A stretch of DNA of 64,000 nucleotides from Bryobacterales bacterium (GTDB taxonomy: Bacteria; Acidobacteriota; Terriglobia; Bryobacterales; UBA6623). The DNA is taken from NCBI GenBank assembly GCA_026713545.1, contig JAPOOG010000041.1, forward strand, positions 2,931 to 66,930. The letters are read 5' to 3'. A model generated the notes under the pieces. That model did no database searches. It was given only the letters and a program-made list of their open reading frames with translations, and had not been told where the DNA came from. Shown here piece after piece: positions 9,240 to 18,904 of this stretch; positions within the stretch are counted from its first letter, which is position 1, and the number at the start of each line of letters is the position of its first letter. The translations under genes and the position numbers were made by a program.

Positions 9240-10120
9240 CCCTCGACGAGTATCTGGAGGACCGGCGGGGCCTCATCGATGCAGCGCTCGAAAAAGTCGT
9301 CCCGTCCGAGCGTAAATATCCCGAAACGATTCACCGTGCCATGCGGCACAGCCTGTTCGGCGGAGGGAAGCGTATCCGTCCGATACTGACGATTGCCGCC
9401 GCCGAGGCGGTCGAGCCCCAGCAGAAAGCGGTTGAACGCGTTGCCTGCGCCCTGGAGTTGGTGCACACGTATTCCCTGATTCACGATGACCTTCCAGCGC
9501 TCGACAATGACGACTTTCGCCGCGGCCGGCCGACTTGCCACAAAGTCTTTGGAGAAGCGATGGCCATCCTCGCCGGAGACGCGCTTCTGACGTTGGCCTT
9601 TCAAGTGCTATCGGACCTGGGGGATGTGCCCGGCGAGCGACGTACCCGCATGGTGACCGAACTTGCCACCGGGGCGGGCACCGTAAACGGCATGATCGGA
9701 GGCCAGGTCGCAGACCTCGAAGCCGAAGGAAAGCTGGTCGATGCCGCCCACCTCGACTACATCCATCGCTCGAAGACGGGCGCGTTGATTCGAGCATCGG
9801 TTCGTATCGGTGCAATCTATGCCGGAGCGGATCGAGCGCAGTTCGAAGCCCTCAGCAAATATGGGACACACATCGGCCTCGCCTTCCAGATCGTCGACGA
9901 CATACTGGACGTGGTGGGAACAACAGAAACCCTCGGAAAAACGGCCGGCAAAGATGCAGCACAGCAGAAAGCGACCTTTCCAGCGATATACGGCTTGGAA
10001 GCGTCCCGAGATCAAGCAAACCTGCATCTCGCCGAGGCGGTCGAGGCGCTTCGAACTATCGGCGAGCCATCGGTCCGCCTTCGGGAAATCGCCGGACGCA
10101 TCGTCACTCGCAACGCATGA
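9236..10120 (+). CDS. ispA: Farnesyl/geranylgeranyl diphosphate synthase
   Basis: GGKRIRP, HDDLPALDNDDFRRG (first Asp-rich motif), GQVADLE, FQIVDDILD and GKDAAQQKATF. Confidence 0.92.
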   Translation: MTLDEYLEDRRGLIDAALEKVVPSERKYPETIHRAMRHSLFGGGKRIRPILTIAAAEAVEPQQKAVERVACALELVHTYSLIHDDLPALDNDDFRRGRPTCHKVFGEAMAILAGDALLTLAFQVLSDLGDVPGERRTRMVTELATGAGTVNGMIGGQVADLEAEGKLVDAAHLDYIHRSKTGALIRASVRIGAIYAGADRAQFEALSKYGTHIGLAFQIVDDILDVVGTTETLGKTAGKDAAQQKATFPAIYGLEASRDQANLHLAEAVEALRTIGEPSVRLREIAGRIVTRNA

Positions 10121-10857
10121 AGCAACGTGTTCGCACGGATTCTCTGCTTGTTGCACGAGGACTCGCCGAAACTCGCGAGAAGGCGCAGGCTATGATCCTG
10201 GCGGGCGAGGTGCTCGTCGATAGCCAGAAGATCACCAAGTCAGGCCACAAGGTTCCGCCTGGTTCGGACATCCGGTTGCTCACTAAGAAAACACGGTTCG
10301 TCAGCCGCGGAGGTGAGAAGCTGGAAGGCGCCCTGGACTACTTCGCCATCGAAGTCGAAGGTAAGATCTGCCTCGATGTCGGGTCATCGACCGGAGGCTT
10401 CACCGACTGTCTCTTACAGCGCAGAGCGGCAAAAGTCTACGCCGTGGATGTGGGTAAGGCGCAACTGCACTGGAATATCCGTCAGGATCCCCGAGTGGTG
10501 GTCTGCGAGAAAGTGAACGCTCGATATCTTTCCAAAGAAACGGTGCCGGAACCGGTGGAGTTTGTCTGCTGTGACGTCAGCTTTATCTCCGTTACACTGA
10601 TTCTCCCGGCTCTTTTGCCTATCCTGACGCCCTCCGCTGGTTTGGTTGTTCTCGCGAAGCCTCAATTCGAGGTCGGCAAGGGCGCAGTGGGCAAGGGAGG
10701 TATCGTGCGGGACCCCGCCTTGCATGAGTGGACCGTCCAGAAAGTATCCCGCTCATTGACGGAATTGGGATTTACGAAGCCGATGACCATGGAAAGCCCG
10801 ATCCCAGGCGCCGAAGGCAACAAGGAATTCCTGATTTATGTCTCGGAACGGCAGTGA
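10117..10857 (+). CDS. tlyA: TlyA family rRNA methyltransferase (S4 + FtsJ domains)
   Basis: Motifs FVSRGGEKL, DVGSSTGGFTDCLLQ, DVSFIS, KPQFEVG and GNKEFL. Real start is ATG 10117 (ATGA overlap with ispA). Confidence 0.92.
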   Translation: MKQRVRTDSLLVARGLAETREKAQAMILAGEVLVDSQKITKSGHKVPPGSDIRLLTKKTRFVSRGGEKLEGALDYFAIEVEGKICLDVGSSTGGFTDCLLQRRAAKVYAVDVGKAQLHWNIRQDPRVVVCEKVNARYLSKETVPEPVEFVCCDVSFISVTLILPALLPILTPSAGLVVLAKPQFEVGKGAVGKGGIVRDPALHEWTVQKVSRSLTELGFTKPMTMESPIPGAEGNKEFLIYVSERQ

Positions 10858-11713
10858 GCCCACCCTCCGCCGGGTGGGCATTGTGTCGAAGCCTGGACGC
10901 GAGGACATTCCCGGCCTGATCACGAGCGTTGTCTCATGGTTGGGCGGACGAGGCATCGACGTGGAATACGACCGCGTCACCACGGCGTACTTACGCAGGA
11001 GCGCCGGATTCGACCGGGAGGAGTTGCCGCCAGGGCTCGACCTGTTGATTGTCCTCGGCGGCGATGGAACGTTGCTTTCGGCAGCGCGCGGAGTGGGACG
11101 AAGCCAAACTCCGATTCTTGCCGTAAATCTCGGCGGCTTGGGCTTTATGATGACCACCGGTCCCGACGAGCTGCTGCCCCAGCTTGAGCGCGTCGTGGCG
11201 GGGGGCTACACCACCTCATGCCGCTCTGTGCTGTCGACTGAAATCGTCCGAAACGGCGTGTCACTGGGACCCCGCAATGCACTCAACGACATCGTGATCA
11301 ACAAGGCGGCCGTTGCTCGGCTCATGCTCCTCGATGCATATATCGATCGGGAACTGGTCTCAAGCTATCGGGCCGATGGCATGATCATTTCGACGCCGAC
11401 CGGGTCGACTGCTTATTCGCTGTCAGCGGGCGGCCCCGTGATCTATCCTTCGGTTTCGGCGATCTGTCTCACGCCGATTTGTCCGCACACGTTGACGAAC
11501 CGGCCGCTGGTTCTGCCGGACGCCGCAACTATCGAAGTAGTCATTCGCGGCGGCGATAAAGACTCCTATCTGACGATCGACGGTCAGGTCGGCCTTGAAC
11601 TCCGACTGAATGATCGCATCCGTACTCGACTTGCGGACTATTGCGTCCACATTATCCAACCGGACCGGCTGAGATTCTTCGAAGTGCTTCGCAGCAAGAT
11701 GAAATGGGGCTGA
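10838..11713 (+). CDS. nadK: NAD(+) kinase
   Basis: LGGDGT, NLGGLGF, LNDIVI, ADGMIISTPTGSTAYSLSAGGP and PICPHTL. Confidence 0.93.
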   Translation: MSRNGSEPTLRRVGIVSKPGREDIPGLITSVVSWLGGRGIDVEYDRVTTAYLRRSAGFDREELPPGLDLLIVLGGDGTLLSAARGVGRSQTPILAVNLGGLGFMMTTGPDELLPQLERVVAGGYTTSCRSVLSTEIVRNGVSLGPRNALNDIVINKAAVARLMLLDAYIDRELVSSYRADGMIISTPTGSTAYSLSAGGPVIYPSVSAICLTPICPHTLTNRPLVLPDAATIEVVIRGGDKDSYLTIDGQVGLELRLNDRIRTRLADYCVHIIQPDRLRFFEVLRSKMKWG

Positions 11714-11838
11714 ACGAAGACCTTGCTGTCTCTGTTATCCCAGAGTCGCACCTGAAGAGCTGTTTTTCTGGCGGTTTTCTCGATGCCGTCTTCAGGAACG
11801 AGAAGCAACTGGACGGGTGCTGAAACACGGCAGGGGAG

Positions 11839-11915
11839 TGGTGGGCGCGCCCAGACTCGAACTGGGGACCTCCTGCGTGTGAAGCAGGCGCTCTAACCAA
11901 CTGAGCTACGCGCCC
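11839..11915 (-). tRNA. tRNA-Val(CAC)
   Basis: The reverse complement GGGCGCGTAGCTCAGTTGGTTAGAGCGCCTGCTTCACACGCAGGAGGTCCCCAGTTCGAGTCTGGGCGCGCCCACCA folds as a cloverleaf with anticodon loop TTCACAC and an encoded CCA end. Confidence 0.95.
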
Positions 11916-12136
11916 TGGGGAGCTACTACCTTGATTTCAAACCACTTGTAGATTCTGTTCGATCAGCGAAATCGCTAAAACGGGTTCGAATCGTATCAAA
12001 ACTGTATCACAACCCCCGTTTAGTCGGCCCGGGGGTTATCAGAAGCCTGCTCCTCGCCGCCTGACGGTTCGGGCTCAGCAACTCTTCCCGTCACTTACCA
12101 AGTTTCGTCTGCAAGTACTCCTTCAACATCTTCGCA

Positions 12137-13801
12137 TCACTTTGCCGTGGTGAACTGTTGTGCGGTCGGCTCGGGTAAGACCTCGGACGCCGCAGTCAGC
12201 TTCTTGGCCGTCTTGATCAAGGAAAGGAACTCGGAGCGGCGGCCGTCTTCGTCGCTGCCAAGCGTTTGGCGGATCTGTTCGAAAGCGTGATCGTAGTCGG
12301 CGGCTCCCTTGTAGGGCGAGTCGCGGAGAAGCAGCCCGAATTCCGCCACCGCGGAAGCGAAGCGGAAGTCTCGAGAAGGCACGACATCGTTGCCGGGTTT
12401 CGCGAGCACTCTCGTCAGCAAGCGGCTCTCCGACCCCTCGGGCGGCTTGTATCGCAGCTTGACCGTGAGCACTTCATTGCTTCCGGTGGCGTCGGGGCGG
12501 ACCGTGGTCTGCTGGTACTTGAGCGGGTCGACATTCGATAGGGGTTCATCCGAACCGGCCGGAATGACCTCGTAGAGAGCCGTGACGCTGTGTCCGGCGC
12601 CGAGGTCGCCGGCATCCTTTTCGTCGTCGTTGAACTCTTCGTCGCGCAGGCGACGGTTCTCATACCCGATCAGACGGTAAGCCTTGACCTGCGCGGGGTT
12701 GAACTCGACCTGGAGTTTGACGTCTTTGGCGACCGTTAGCAGAGTCGCGCCCATCTGCTCGACAAGCACCCGCCTCGCTTCGAGAACGTTATCGATGTAG
12801 GCATAGTTGCCGTTTCCGTGGTCGGCGAGCTTTTCCATCTTCGAGTCTTTCAAGTTGCCCGTCCCGAACCCGAGGACGGTGAGGAAGACCCCGGACTCAC
12901 GCTCCCGCTCGATCATCTTGACGAGTTGGCCGTCGCTCGATACGCCGACGTTGAAGTCGCCATCCGTGGCCAGGATCACTCGGTTGTTGCCGCCATCGAT
13001 GAAGTTCTCGCGAGCCAGCTTGTAGGCAAGGTACATACCGGCTCCGCCGGCGGTGGAACCGCCCGCGTCGAGTCGTGACAAGGTACTGAGGATCTTCGTC
13101 TTCTGTGCGCCGGAGGTTGGCGGAAGCACCATGCCCGCAGCACCGGCGTACACGACGATGGAGATTTGGTCCTGCGTCCGTAGCTGCTGGGCGAGCAGCG
13201 AGAATGCCTTCTTGAGCAGCGGCAACTTGTCCGCGTCAGTCATCGATCCGGATACATCGATCAGGAAGACCAGGTTGTTGGGCGGCAGGTTCGTCTTCGC
13301 CACGGGTTTCGAGCGCAGGCCGATATGAACGAGCCGATGGGACGGCGCCCAAGGGCAAGCGGCCATCTCGGTGACGATGCTGAAGGGTTCCCCCTCGGCG
13401 GGATCAGGGTAATCGTAGTCGAAGTAGTTGATCAGTTCCTCGATGCGCACCGCATCGGCAGGTGGCAACTGGCCGTCGTGCAAGAACCGGCGGACGTTTG
13501 CGTACGAAGCGGTGTCGACATCGATGGAGAAAGTGGAGAGCGGCTTGTTCACGACGGCGGCGAAGCCGGGCTTGTCGATCACGCCGTATTCCTCGGTGTT
13601 GAAGTCGGCCTGCCGGGCAGACCTCGCGATTAGCGGGATGCCTCCCCCGGGCGGCGGAGGCGACGGGGGACCCACAGCGGTCGATCGCGGCGGGGGCGGC
13701 GCCTCCTTTCGGTATGTGCAACCTGGCAGGATCAGAATTACGACAGCCAGCAAAACAGGAAGCAGTACATCAACAAGGCGCTGCCGAAAAATGGAATTCA
13801 T
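12137..13801 (-). CDS. VWA-domain lipoprotein (YfbK-like, DUF3520)
   Basis: Lipobox ILPGC, Pro-rich linker, STFSIDVDTASY, MIDAS DVSGSM, ATDGDFNVG and YRLIGYENR. Start placed at ATG 13801; the track start 14050 adds a non-homologous leader. Confidence 0.88.
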   Translation of the reverse strand: MNSIFRQRLVDVLLPVLLAVVILILPGCTYRKEAPPPPRSTAVGPPSPPPPGGGIPLIARSARQADFNTEEYGVIDKPGFAAVVNKPLSTFSIDVDTASYANVRRFLHDGQLPPADAVRIEELINYFDYDYPDPAEGEPFSIVTEMAACPWAPSHRLVHIGLRSKPVAKTNLPPNNLVFLIDVSGSMTDADKLPLLKKAFSLLAQQLRTQDQISIVVYAGAAGMVLPPTSGAQKTKILSTLSRLDAGGSTAGGAGMYLAYKLARENFIDGGNNRVILATDGDFNVGVSSDGQLVKMIERERESGVFLTVLGFGTGNLKDSKMEKLADHGNGNYAYIDNVLEARRVLVEQMGATLLTVAKDVKLQVEFNPAQVKAYRLIGYENRRLRDEEFNDDEKDAGDLGAGHSVTALYEVIPAGSDEPLSNVDPLKYQQTTVRPDATGSNEVLTVKLRYKPPEGSESRLLTRVLAKPGNDVVPSRDFRFASAVAEFGLLLRDSPYKGAADYDHAFEQIRQTLGSDEDGRRSEFLSLIKTAKKLTAASEVLPEPTAQQFTTAK

Positions 13802-14244
13802 GGAGCATTTTCCTCGGACCCTTTTCTGAGCAAGTCGGCAACCGAGGGTGCACCCCGGCTTCTGTTTTAGACACAAGCTGGGGCGAAAAAGTTTCTCCAG
13901 CTTGTGCACATGCTCCTCGCGGCACGCTCCGCTGCTCCGGAGCGGGTGATTCATCAGCCGCTCCGCAAGAGACGCGATTGGCTGAACTCGCGTTAGCAAT
14001 GTCTTCGTTACCCGGCCTTCAATCGGGTTCTCTGCTTCGAAGCTATTCAATGTCGTTCATGGAGGATTTGTCTCCGGAGCGCAAGCTCGTCGTATATTTC
14101 CGCTCTTCTTCCCGGCCACAGAAACGCAAGGTGACGCAAGCAGGCAATATGTGGTTGATGATCGCAGGCGCGACCTGCGTCCTCATCGCCCAAAAAACGG
14201 ACCGGTACGGTATCACAACCCTAGTTGAGTTGGCCGTAGTGCAT

Positions 14245-14447
14245 TAGCCTGCATGTCTCACCACTTGGCGAGGTGAAGTGCGTGAGAGGGCCGTCAGGAC
14301 GAGGCGCGAGCTGGGCGCAGGAAAAAGGCGCGCGCAGGCATACTGGACCGTACGTCGAGGACGGCAAGCAAGCGTTGCGAGGGAAAAGCGAAGTCATGGC
14401 GGTCGTATTGCGTGCTTCGGCCGTCGGGTGGTGAGACATGAAGGTCA
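14245..14447. mobile_element. MITE, family 2, copy 1 (~203 bp)
   Basis: TIRs TAGCCTGCATGTCTCACCAC / GTGGTGAGACATGAAGGTCA. The interior is highly similar to 34663-34867. Confidence 0.8.
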
Positions 14448-14595
14448 GTACCCTGCTCATCACCCGGCTGATGGTTCAGAATCCGCAGCGTTTCCCGTTT
14501 ATCGAGTTTTCAATTGCGAGTACTGATTGGCCGTCGTGAACAACGGTCCTGAGGGGTGCCAGGCCCAGGCGATTGATTTCAACCGGTTCAATAAC

Positions 14596-14808
14596 TTAGC
14601 GATCCGCCGCAGACAACTGGATACGGAAGCCCTCAGCCACTTGGAACGTGTAGAGAGCCTCGTCAGGATCGAGCGGCTTGCTGTCGGGCAATATCGAACC
14701 ACAGGAGGCAAGCAACAGATCCGCTGCTGCAAGGGTGCCGGCCCGCAGGCAAGAGTCAATGCGCAGGCGTCGTAGCACCAAACCGATCTCGCAAGTCAAA
14801 AGGCGCAC
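14596..14808 (-). pseudogene. 5' fragment of a PVC-type membrane-bound dehydrogenase lipoprotein (TIGR02604-like N-terminus)
   Basis: Lipobox LLLASCG followed by KPLDPDEALYTFQVAEGFRIQLSAA, the typical family start, then an abrupt TAA. Confidence 0.55.
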
Positions 14809-14847
14809 GTAACGGCTTCCTGGGGTTCTTCGTGCTCATCCCGGAGA

Positions 14848-16272
14848 TTAAGCCAGGACCCCATGGACGACTTCGCCATGGATGTCGGTCAGCCGGAAAT
14901 CCCGGCCGGCGTATCGATAGGTGAGCTTCGTATGGTCCAGCCCCAACAGATGCAGGATCGTGGCATGCAGGTCGTGGAAATGCACCTTCTTCTCGACGGC
15001 ATAATAGCCGTAGTCATCTGTGCGGCCGTAAGTGAGCCCGGGCTTGACACCGCCACCAGCAAGCCACATGGTGAAGCCGTGGGGGTTGTGGTCGCGCCCA
15101 TCGGCCCCCTCGACGGTAGGGGTCCGCCCGAACTCACCGCCCCAGACCACTAGCGTGTCATCCAGCAAGCCTCGCCCCCTGAGGTCGCGGATCAAGCCCG
15201 CGATCGGCTTGTCCACTGAACGGCATTTTTTGATCATGTTCTGTTTTAGCTTCTTGTGGTGGTCCCATCCGTTGCTATTGCACTGCACGAAGCGCACACC
15301 CCGTTCGGAAAACCTCCTCGCCAGCAGACACTGCCGTCCGAAGTCCTCCGTATCAGCATCATCGAGTCCATAAAGTCGGCGTGTAGCCTCGCTTTCGCCC
15401 GAAAGGTCCTCCGCCTCGGGCTCCTCCGCTTGCATCCGAAAAGCCAACTCGAAACTGGCGATGCGGCTTTCCAACTCGTCGTCCGGGCCGACTTTCTCCA
15501 ATTGCCTGTGCCCCATCCGGCTTAACATGTCCAGTTCCAACCGCTGAAGGCGAGCATGCGCCATCCCATCGCCGATGAACGGGATCCTGGCGTCTCTCAC
15601 CTCGATGCCTCCGTGGCCCAACGGGGTTCCCTGATAGGCTGCCGGCAGGAAGGCCGAAGCGTAGTTATTCACGCCCCCTTGGGAAAGAGCCTGACAGATG
15701 GTGATGTACCCTGGCAGGTTTTGGTTCTCACTGCCTAACCCATAAGTGATCCAGGAGCCCATGCTCGGGCGGATGAACGTGTCGCTGCCCGTGTGCCATT
15801 CCAGAACGGCTCCGCCATGGCGTGGGTTCGAACAATGCACCGAGCGGATGAACGTCAACTCGTCGATGACAGTAGCCAAGTGCGGAAATTGGTCGCTCAC
15901 CCAAGCCCCGCTTTGCCCATGCTGTTGGAAATGAAAGGGAGAGCCGACCAGGTTGCCCATCTTTTGAGGGAACGACAAAACTCGGGGCGCATCAAACGGA
16001 AGCGGTTTGCCGCTATCGCGTGACAGGATCGGTTTGGGATCGAATGTGTCAAGGTGAGACGGCCCGCCAAACATGAACAGCATGATCACCCGCTTGGCGG
16101 CGGGTGCGAAATGCGGCGCCTTGACGGCCAGCGGATTCGTCCCTTCGGCTGAGCACTCGTCGGCCAGCAGGGCGGCCAACGCCAGACTGCCGAAGCCGGC
16201 ACCCATCCGCTGTAGCAGTTCCCTGCGCGACATCGCTGTCGCTTGAGGAAAGCATCTGGCCGGAATTTTCAT
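14848..16272 (-). CDS. DUF1501 domain protein with Tat signal
   Basis: SRRELLQRMG Tat motif, KRVIMLFMFGGPSHLDTFDPK, GWDHH, VVWGGEFGRTP, GRDHNP and DLHATILHLLG. Start placed at ATG 16272. Confidence 0.9.
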   Translation of the reverse strand: MKIPARCFPQATAMSRRELLQRMGAGFGSLALAALLADECSAEGTNPLAVKAPHFAPAAKRVIMLFMFGGPSHLDTFDPKPILSRDSGKPLPFDAPRVLSFPQKMGNLVGSPFHFQQHGQSGAWVSDQFPHLATVIDELTFIRSVHCSNPRHGGAVLEWHTGSDTFIRPSMGSWITYGLGSENQNLPGYITICQALSQGGVNNYASAFLPAAYQGTPLGHGGIEVRDARIPFIGDGMAHARLQRLELDMLSRMGHRQLEKVGPDDELESRIASFELAFRMQAEEPEAEDLSGESEATRRLYGLDDADTEDFGRQCLLARRFSERGVRFVQCNSNGWDHHKKLKQNMIKKCRSVDKPIAGLIRDLRGRGLLDDTLVVWGGEFGRTPTVEGADGRDHNPHGFTMWLAGGGVKPGLTYGRTDDYGYYAVEKKVHFHDLHATILHLLGLDHTKLTYRYAGRDFRLTDIHGEVVHGVLA

Positions 16273-16314
16273 GACAACTTCTCCGCCCGGGGTTGGGCAA
16301 AGCGGACTCGGCAT

Positions 16315-18741
16315 TCAGTCTACATAAACGAACTCGTTTGACGACAACAGCACGCGAAATAACCCTTGCCAGGCTCTTCTGTGCTGTGGGCCGGCTTCCA
16401 CGATTTCGCTGTGCTGCTCCCGCTGATATTCCGCCAAGAAATCCAGCCATTCCATCGTCTCCGGCGTCGATGGCAAACGCAGCAAAACCAGCTCGTACGC
16501 GCGAGCAATCCGCTGCTTGTCATCCCGAGCCGGCTCGGCAAGCAACTGGTCCGCCAAGCGGTTGGATGCCTCCAGCATCAGCTTGCTGTTCATCATGAAC
16601 AAGGCCTGTGATGCAACAGTCGTGCGGCTGCGTTGCCCGTTGGTCACCGCCGGCGCAGGAAAGTCAAAGGATTGGAACACCTCGTATAAGGCACTGCGGA
16701 GCACCGGCAAATATACGCTCCGCCGCCTGGATTCATACAGAGCCGGGTCGCGTGCTTTACCCTCACCCGAAAGATTCACGAAGTTCATATGGGGAATCAA
16801 AGTGCCGCCCATCGTCAGATCGAGTTGTCCACTCACGGCGAGTAACGAATCACGAATCACTTCCACTTCCATGCGAAGGCGGTCGCGCCGCCATAGAAGC
16901 CGATTATCGGGGTCGATTTCAAGGGTGTGATGGTTCGAGGTAGTACCCATTTGATACGTATTGGAAAGCAAAATGACCCTGTGCATGGCCTTGACGGACC
17001 AACCGCTTTCGATGAACCGAATCGCCAGCCAGTCCAGCAGCGGTTGGTTGTCCGGCCGTTCACCCAGGCGACCGAAATTGTCGGGAGACCTCACGATTCC
17101 CTGCCCAAAGTGCCACTTCCAGATTCGATTCACCATCACCCTGGCGGTGAGGGGATGATCGGGGCCCGTCAACCACTCCGCGAATTCCTTACGTCCGCTT
17201 TGCTTGTCGCTGATGAGCCGCTGCCGGTCTCCGGCAAGAATCCGAGGAAACCCGCGGGGCGCCAACTTGCCGGGGGTCAGATGATTACCTCTCAAAAAGA
17301 TCGGCAAATCCTCCACCTTGCCTTCCGTCACCGCCATAGCTTTGGGAATCGAGGCATATTCCCTCTTGGCCGCTTCCAGACTCTGCTCGTGCTTTTCTCT
17401 CTCCTCAGACGACATCTTCTCCATATTGCCGTTGACCAGAACGTCGTCGTGCGCATCAATCTCACGCTCCAGCTCCGAGAGTCGTTCGTTGAGCTCCGAG
17501 TTCTCCAACGCAGTGGCATTCCACTTGGAATCGACCCGATACGAGATCATGGTCCCGGTGCTTTTGAAAATGCCGGCGAGTGAGTAATAGTCCGTTATCC
17601 GCAACGGGTCGTACTTGTGATCGTGGCATCGTGCACAGCCCATGGTCAGGCCCATGAACGCCCGGGCGCTGGTATCCAACTGTTCGTCCGCGATGTCCAT
17701 CTGCTGCTTGACGGGATCGTCCTCCGCCAGCATTTTCGGCCCGATCATCAGGAAACCGGTTGCGATCAGGCCCTTGGCGCGACTTTCGTCACTCCAGGTG
17801 GTGAGTAGGTCCCCGGCCAATTGCTCTCGGACAAACTGGTCATAGGGCTTGTCGTCATTGAATGCGGCAATGACGTAATCGCGATAGCGCCAAGCATCGG
17901 CATAGGTGAGATTGTCGTCCATCCCGTTGCTGTCGGCGTAGCGAGCGACATCGAGCCAATGACGTCCCCAGCGCTCCCCGTATCGTGGTGAGGCAAGCAA
18001 CCCTTCCACGACTCGAGCGAAAGCGCCGGGTGAATCGTCTGTCAGAAACGCCGCCACCTCCTCAAGAGTCGGGGGCAAGCCGTGCAGGTCGATCGTCGCC
18101 CGGCGAATCAACGTTCGCTTGTCCGCGGCTTGCGCCGGACGTAGTCCCTCGGCCTCGAGTTGCGCCAGCACAAAACGGTCGATCGGCGTCTTCGCCCAGC
18201 CGGGACTTTCAACCGTTGGGACCGCAGGCTCGACCACCGGCTGATAGGCCCAAAACGACTTCTCCTCCTCGGTAAACTCCGCTTGATCGCTGTGGGCGGC
18301 GGATGGCTGAACCGCCGGAATCTCGGCGTTCGGCCACGGCGCCCCTGTCCTGACCCATTCGGACAAAGCCTGAATCTCGGCCTGCGGCAGCTTTGTCTTT
18401 GGAGGCATTTGCACGAACGTGTCGTGGTTGACCGCAAGGATGAACAGGCTCTTTCGAGGATCGCCGGGCACAATCGCTGCGCCGGACCGGCCGCCTCGCA
18501 ACATGCCGGTGAGCGAGTCGAGGCGTAGTCCAGCTTGCCCCTGGCCTGCATCAGGTCCATGGCACGGGTAGCATCGATTGGCAAGAATCGGCCGGACCTG
18601 CTTCTCGAAGAACTCCAGCATTGCGGGATCAACTCCGGTGCCGGACCGTTCAGTCTGTGCTTCGAGATATTGAAGGTGAAAGAGGAATGGGAAGAGACAA
18701 ATGGCAAGGGCCCTGGTGCAAAACCGGATCACGACTACCAC
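16315..18741 (-). CDS. Planctomycete cytochrome c + DUF1549 (PSCyt2) + DUF1553 (PSD1) protein
   Basis: FFEKQVRPILANRCYPCH, TPIDRFVLAQL, ERWGRHWLDVARYADS, CARCHDHKYDP and HPLTARVMVNRIW. Confidence 0.9.
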   Translation of the reverse strand: MVVVIRFCTRALAICLFPFLFHLQYLEAQTERSGTGVDPAMLEFFEKQVRPILANRCYPCHGPDAGQGQAGLRLDSLTGMLRGGRSGAAIVPGDPRKSLFILAVNHDTFVQMPPKTKLPQAEIQALSEWVRTGAPWPNAEIPAVQPSAAHSDQAEFTEEEKSFWAYQPVVEPAVPTVESPGWAKTPIDRFVLAQLEAEGLRPAQAADKRTLIRRATIDLHGLPPTLEEVAAFLTDDSPGAFARVVEGLLASPRYGERWGRHWLDVARYADSNGMDDNLTYADAWRYRDYVIAAFNDDKPYDQFVREQLAGDLLTTWSDESRAKGLIATGFLMIGPKMLAEDDPVKQQMDIADEQLDTSARAFMGLTMGCARCHDHKYDPLRITDYYSLAGIFKSTGTMISYRVDSKWNATALENSELNERLSELEREIDAHDDVLVNGNMEKMSSEEREKHEQSLEAAKREYASIPKAMAVTEGKVEDLPIFLRGNHLTPGKLAPRGFPRILAGDRQRLISDKQSGRKEFAEWLTGPDHPLTARVMVNRIWKWHFGQGIVRSPDNFGRLGERPDNQPLLDWLAIRFIESGWSVKAMHRVILLSNTYQMGTTSNHHTLEIDPDNRLLWRRDRLRMEVEVIRDSLLAVSGQLDLTMGGTLIPHMNFVNLSGEGKARDPALYESRRRSVYLPVLRSALYEVFQSFDFPAPAVTNGQRSRTTVASQALFMMNSKLMLEASNRLADQLLAEPARDDKQRIARAYELVLLRLPSTPETMEWLDFLAEYQREQHSEIVEAGPQHRRAWQGLFRVLLSSNEFVYVD

Positions 18742-18904
18742 CCAACCTCAATCATAGGTCTGAAAGTCCAGTGCAAAGTAGTCAATCTAATGGGCTTCTC
18801 TTGCTGGAAATCATGCAAAGAAGATCTTCCACGCGCGCATATCCTCCAACTCGACGCGCTTCCCGTGGACAGGTTTCCACTGAGCTTCTACCTGCCGTTC
18901 CTGC

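Noticed and set aside
9535-10116. N-terminal extension of tlyA (and similar track extensions of aguA, VWA, GNAT, FGE, hicA, hicB)
   Set aside because: The extensions overlap upstream genes or lack homology, and better starts with RBS or ATGA coupling exist.
11839-11915. Intact prophage or integrative element at tRNA-Val
   Set aside because: No integrase, phage genes or duplicated tRNA 3' end in the window. Only scar-like motifs are present, reported as a finding.
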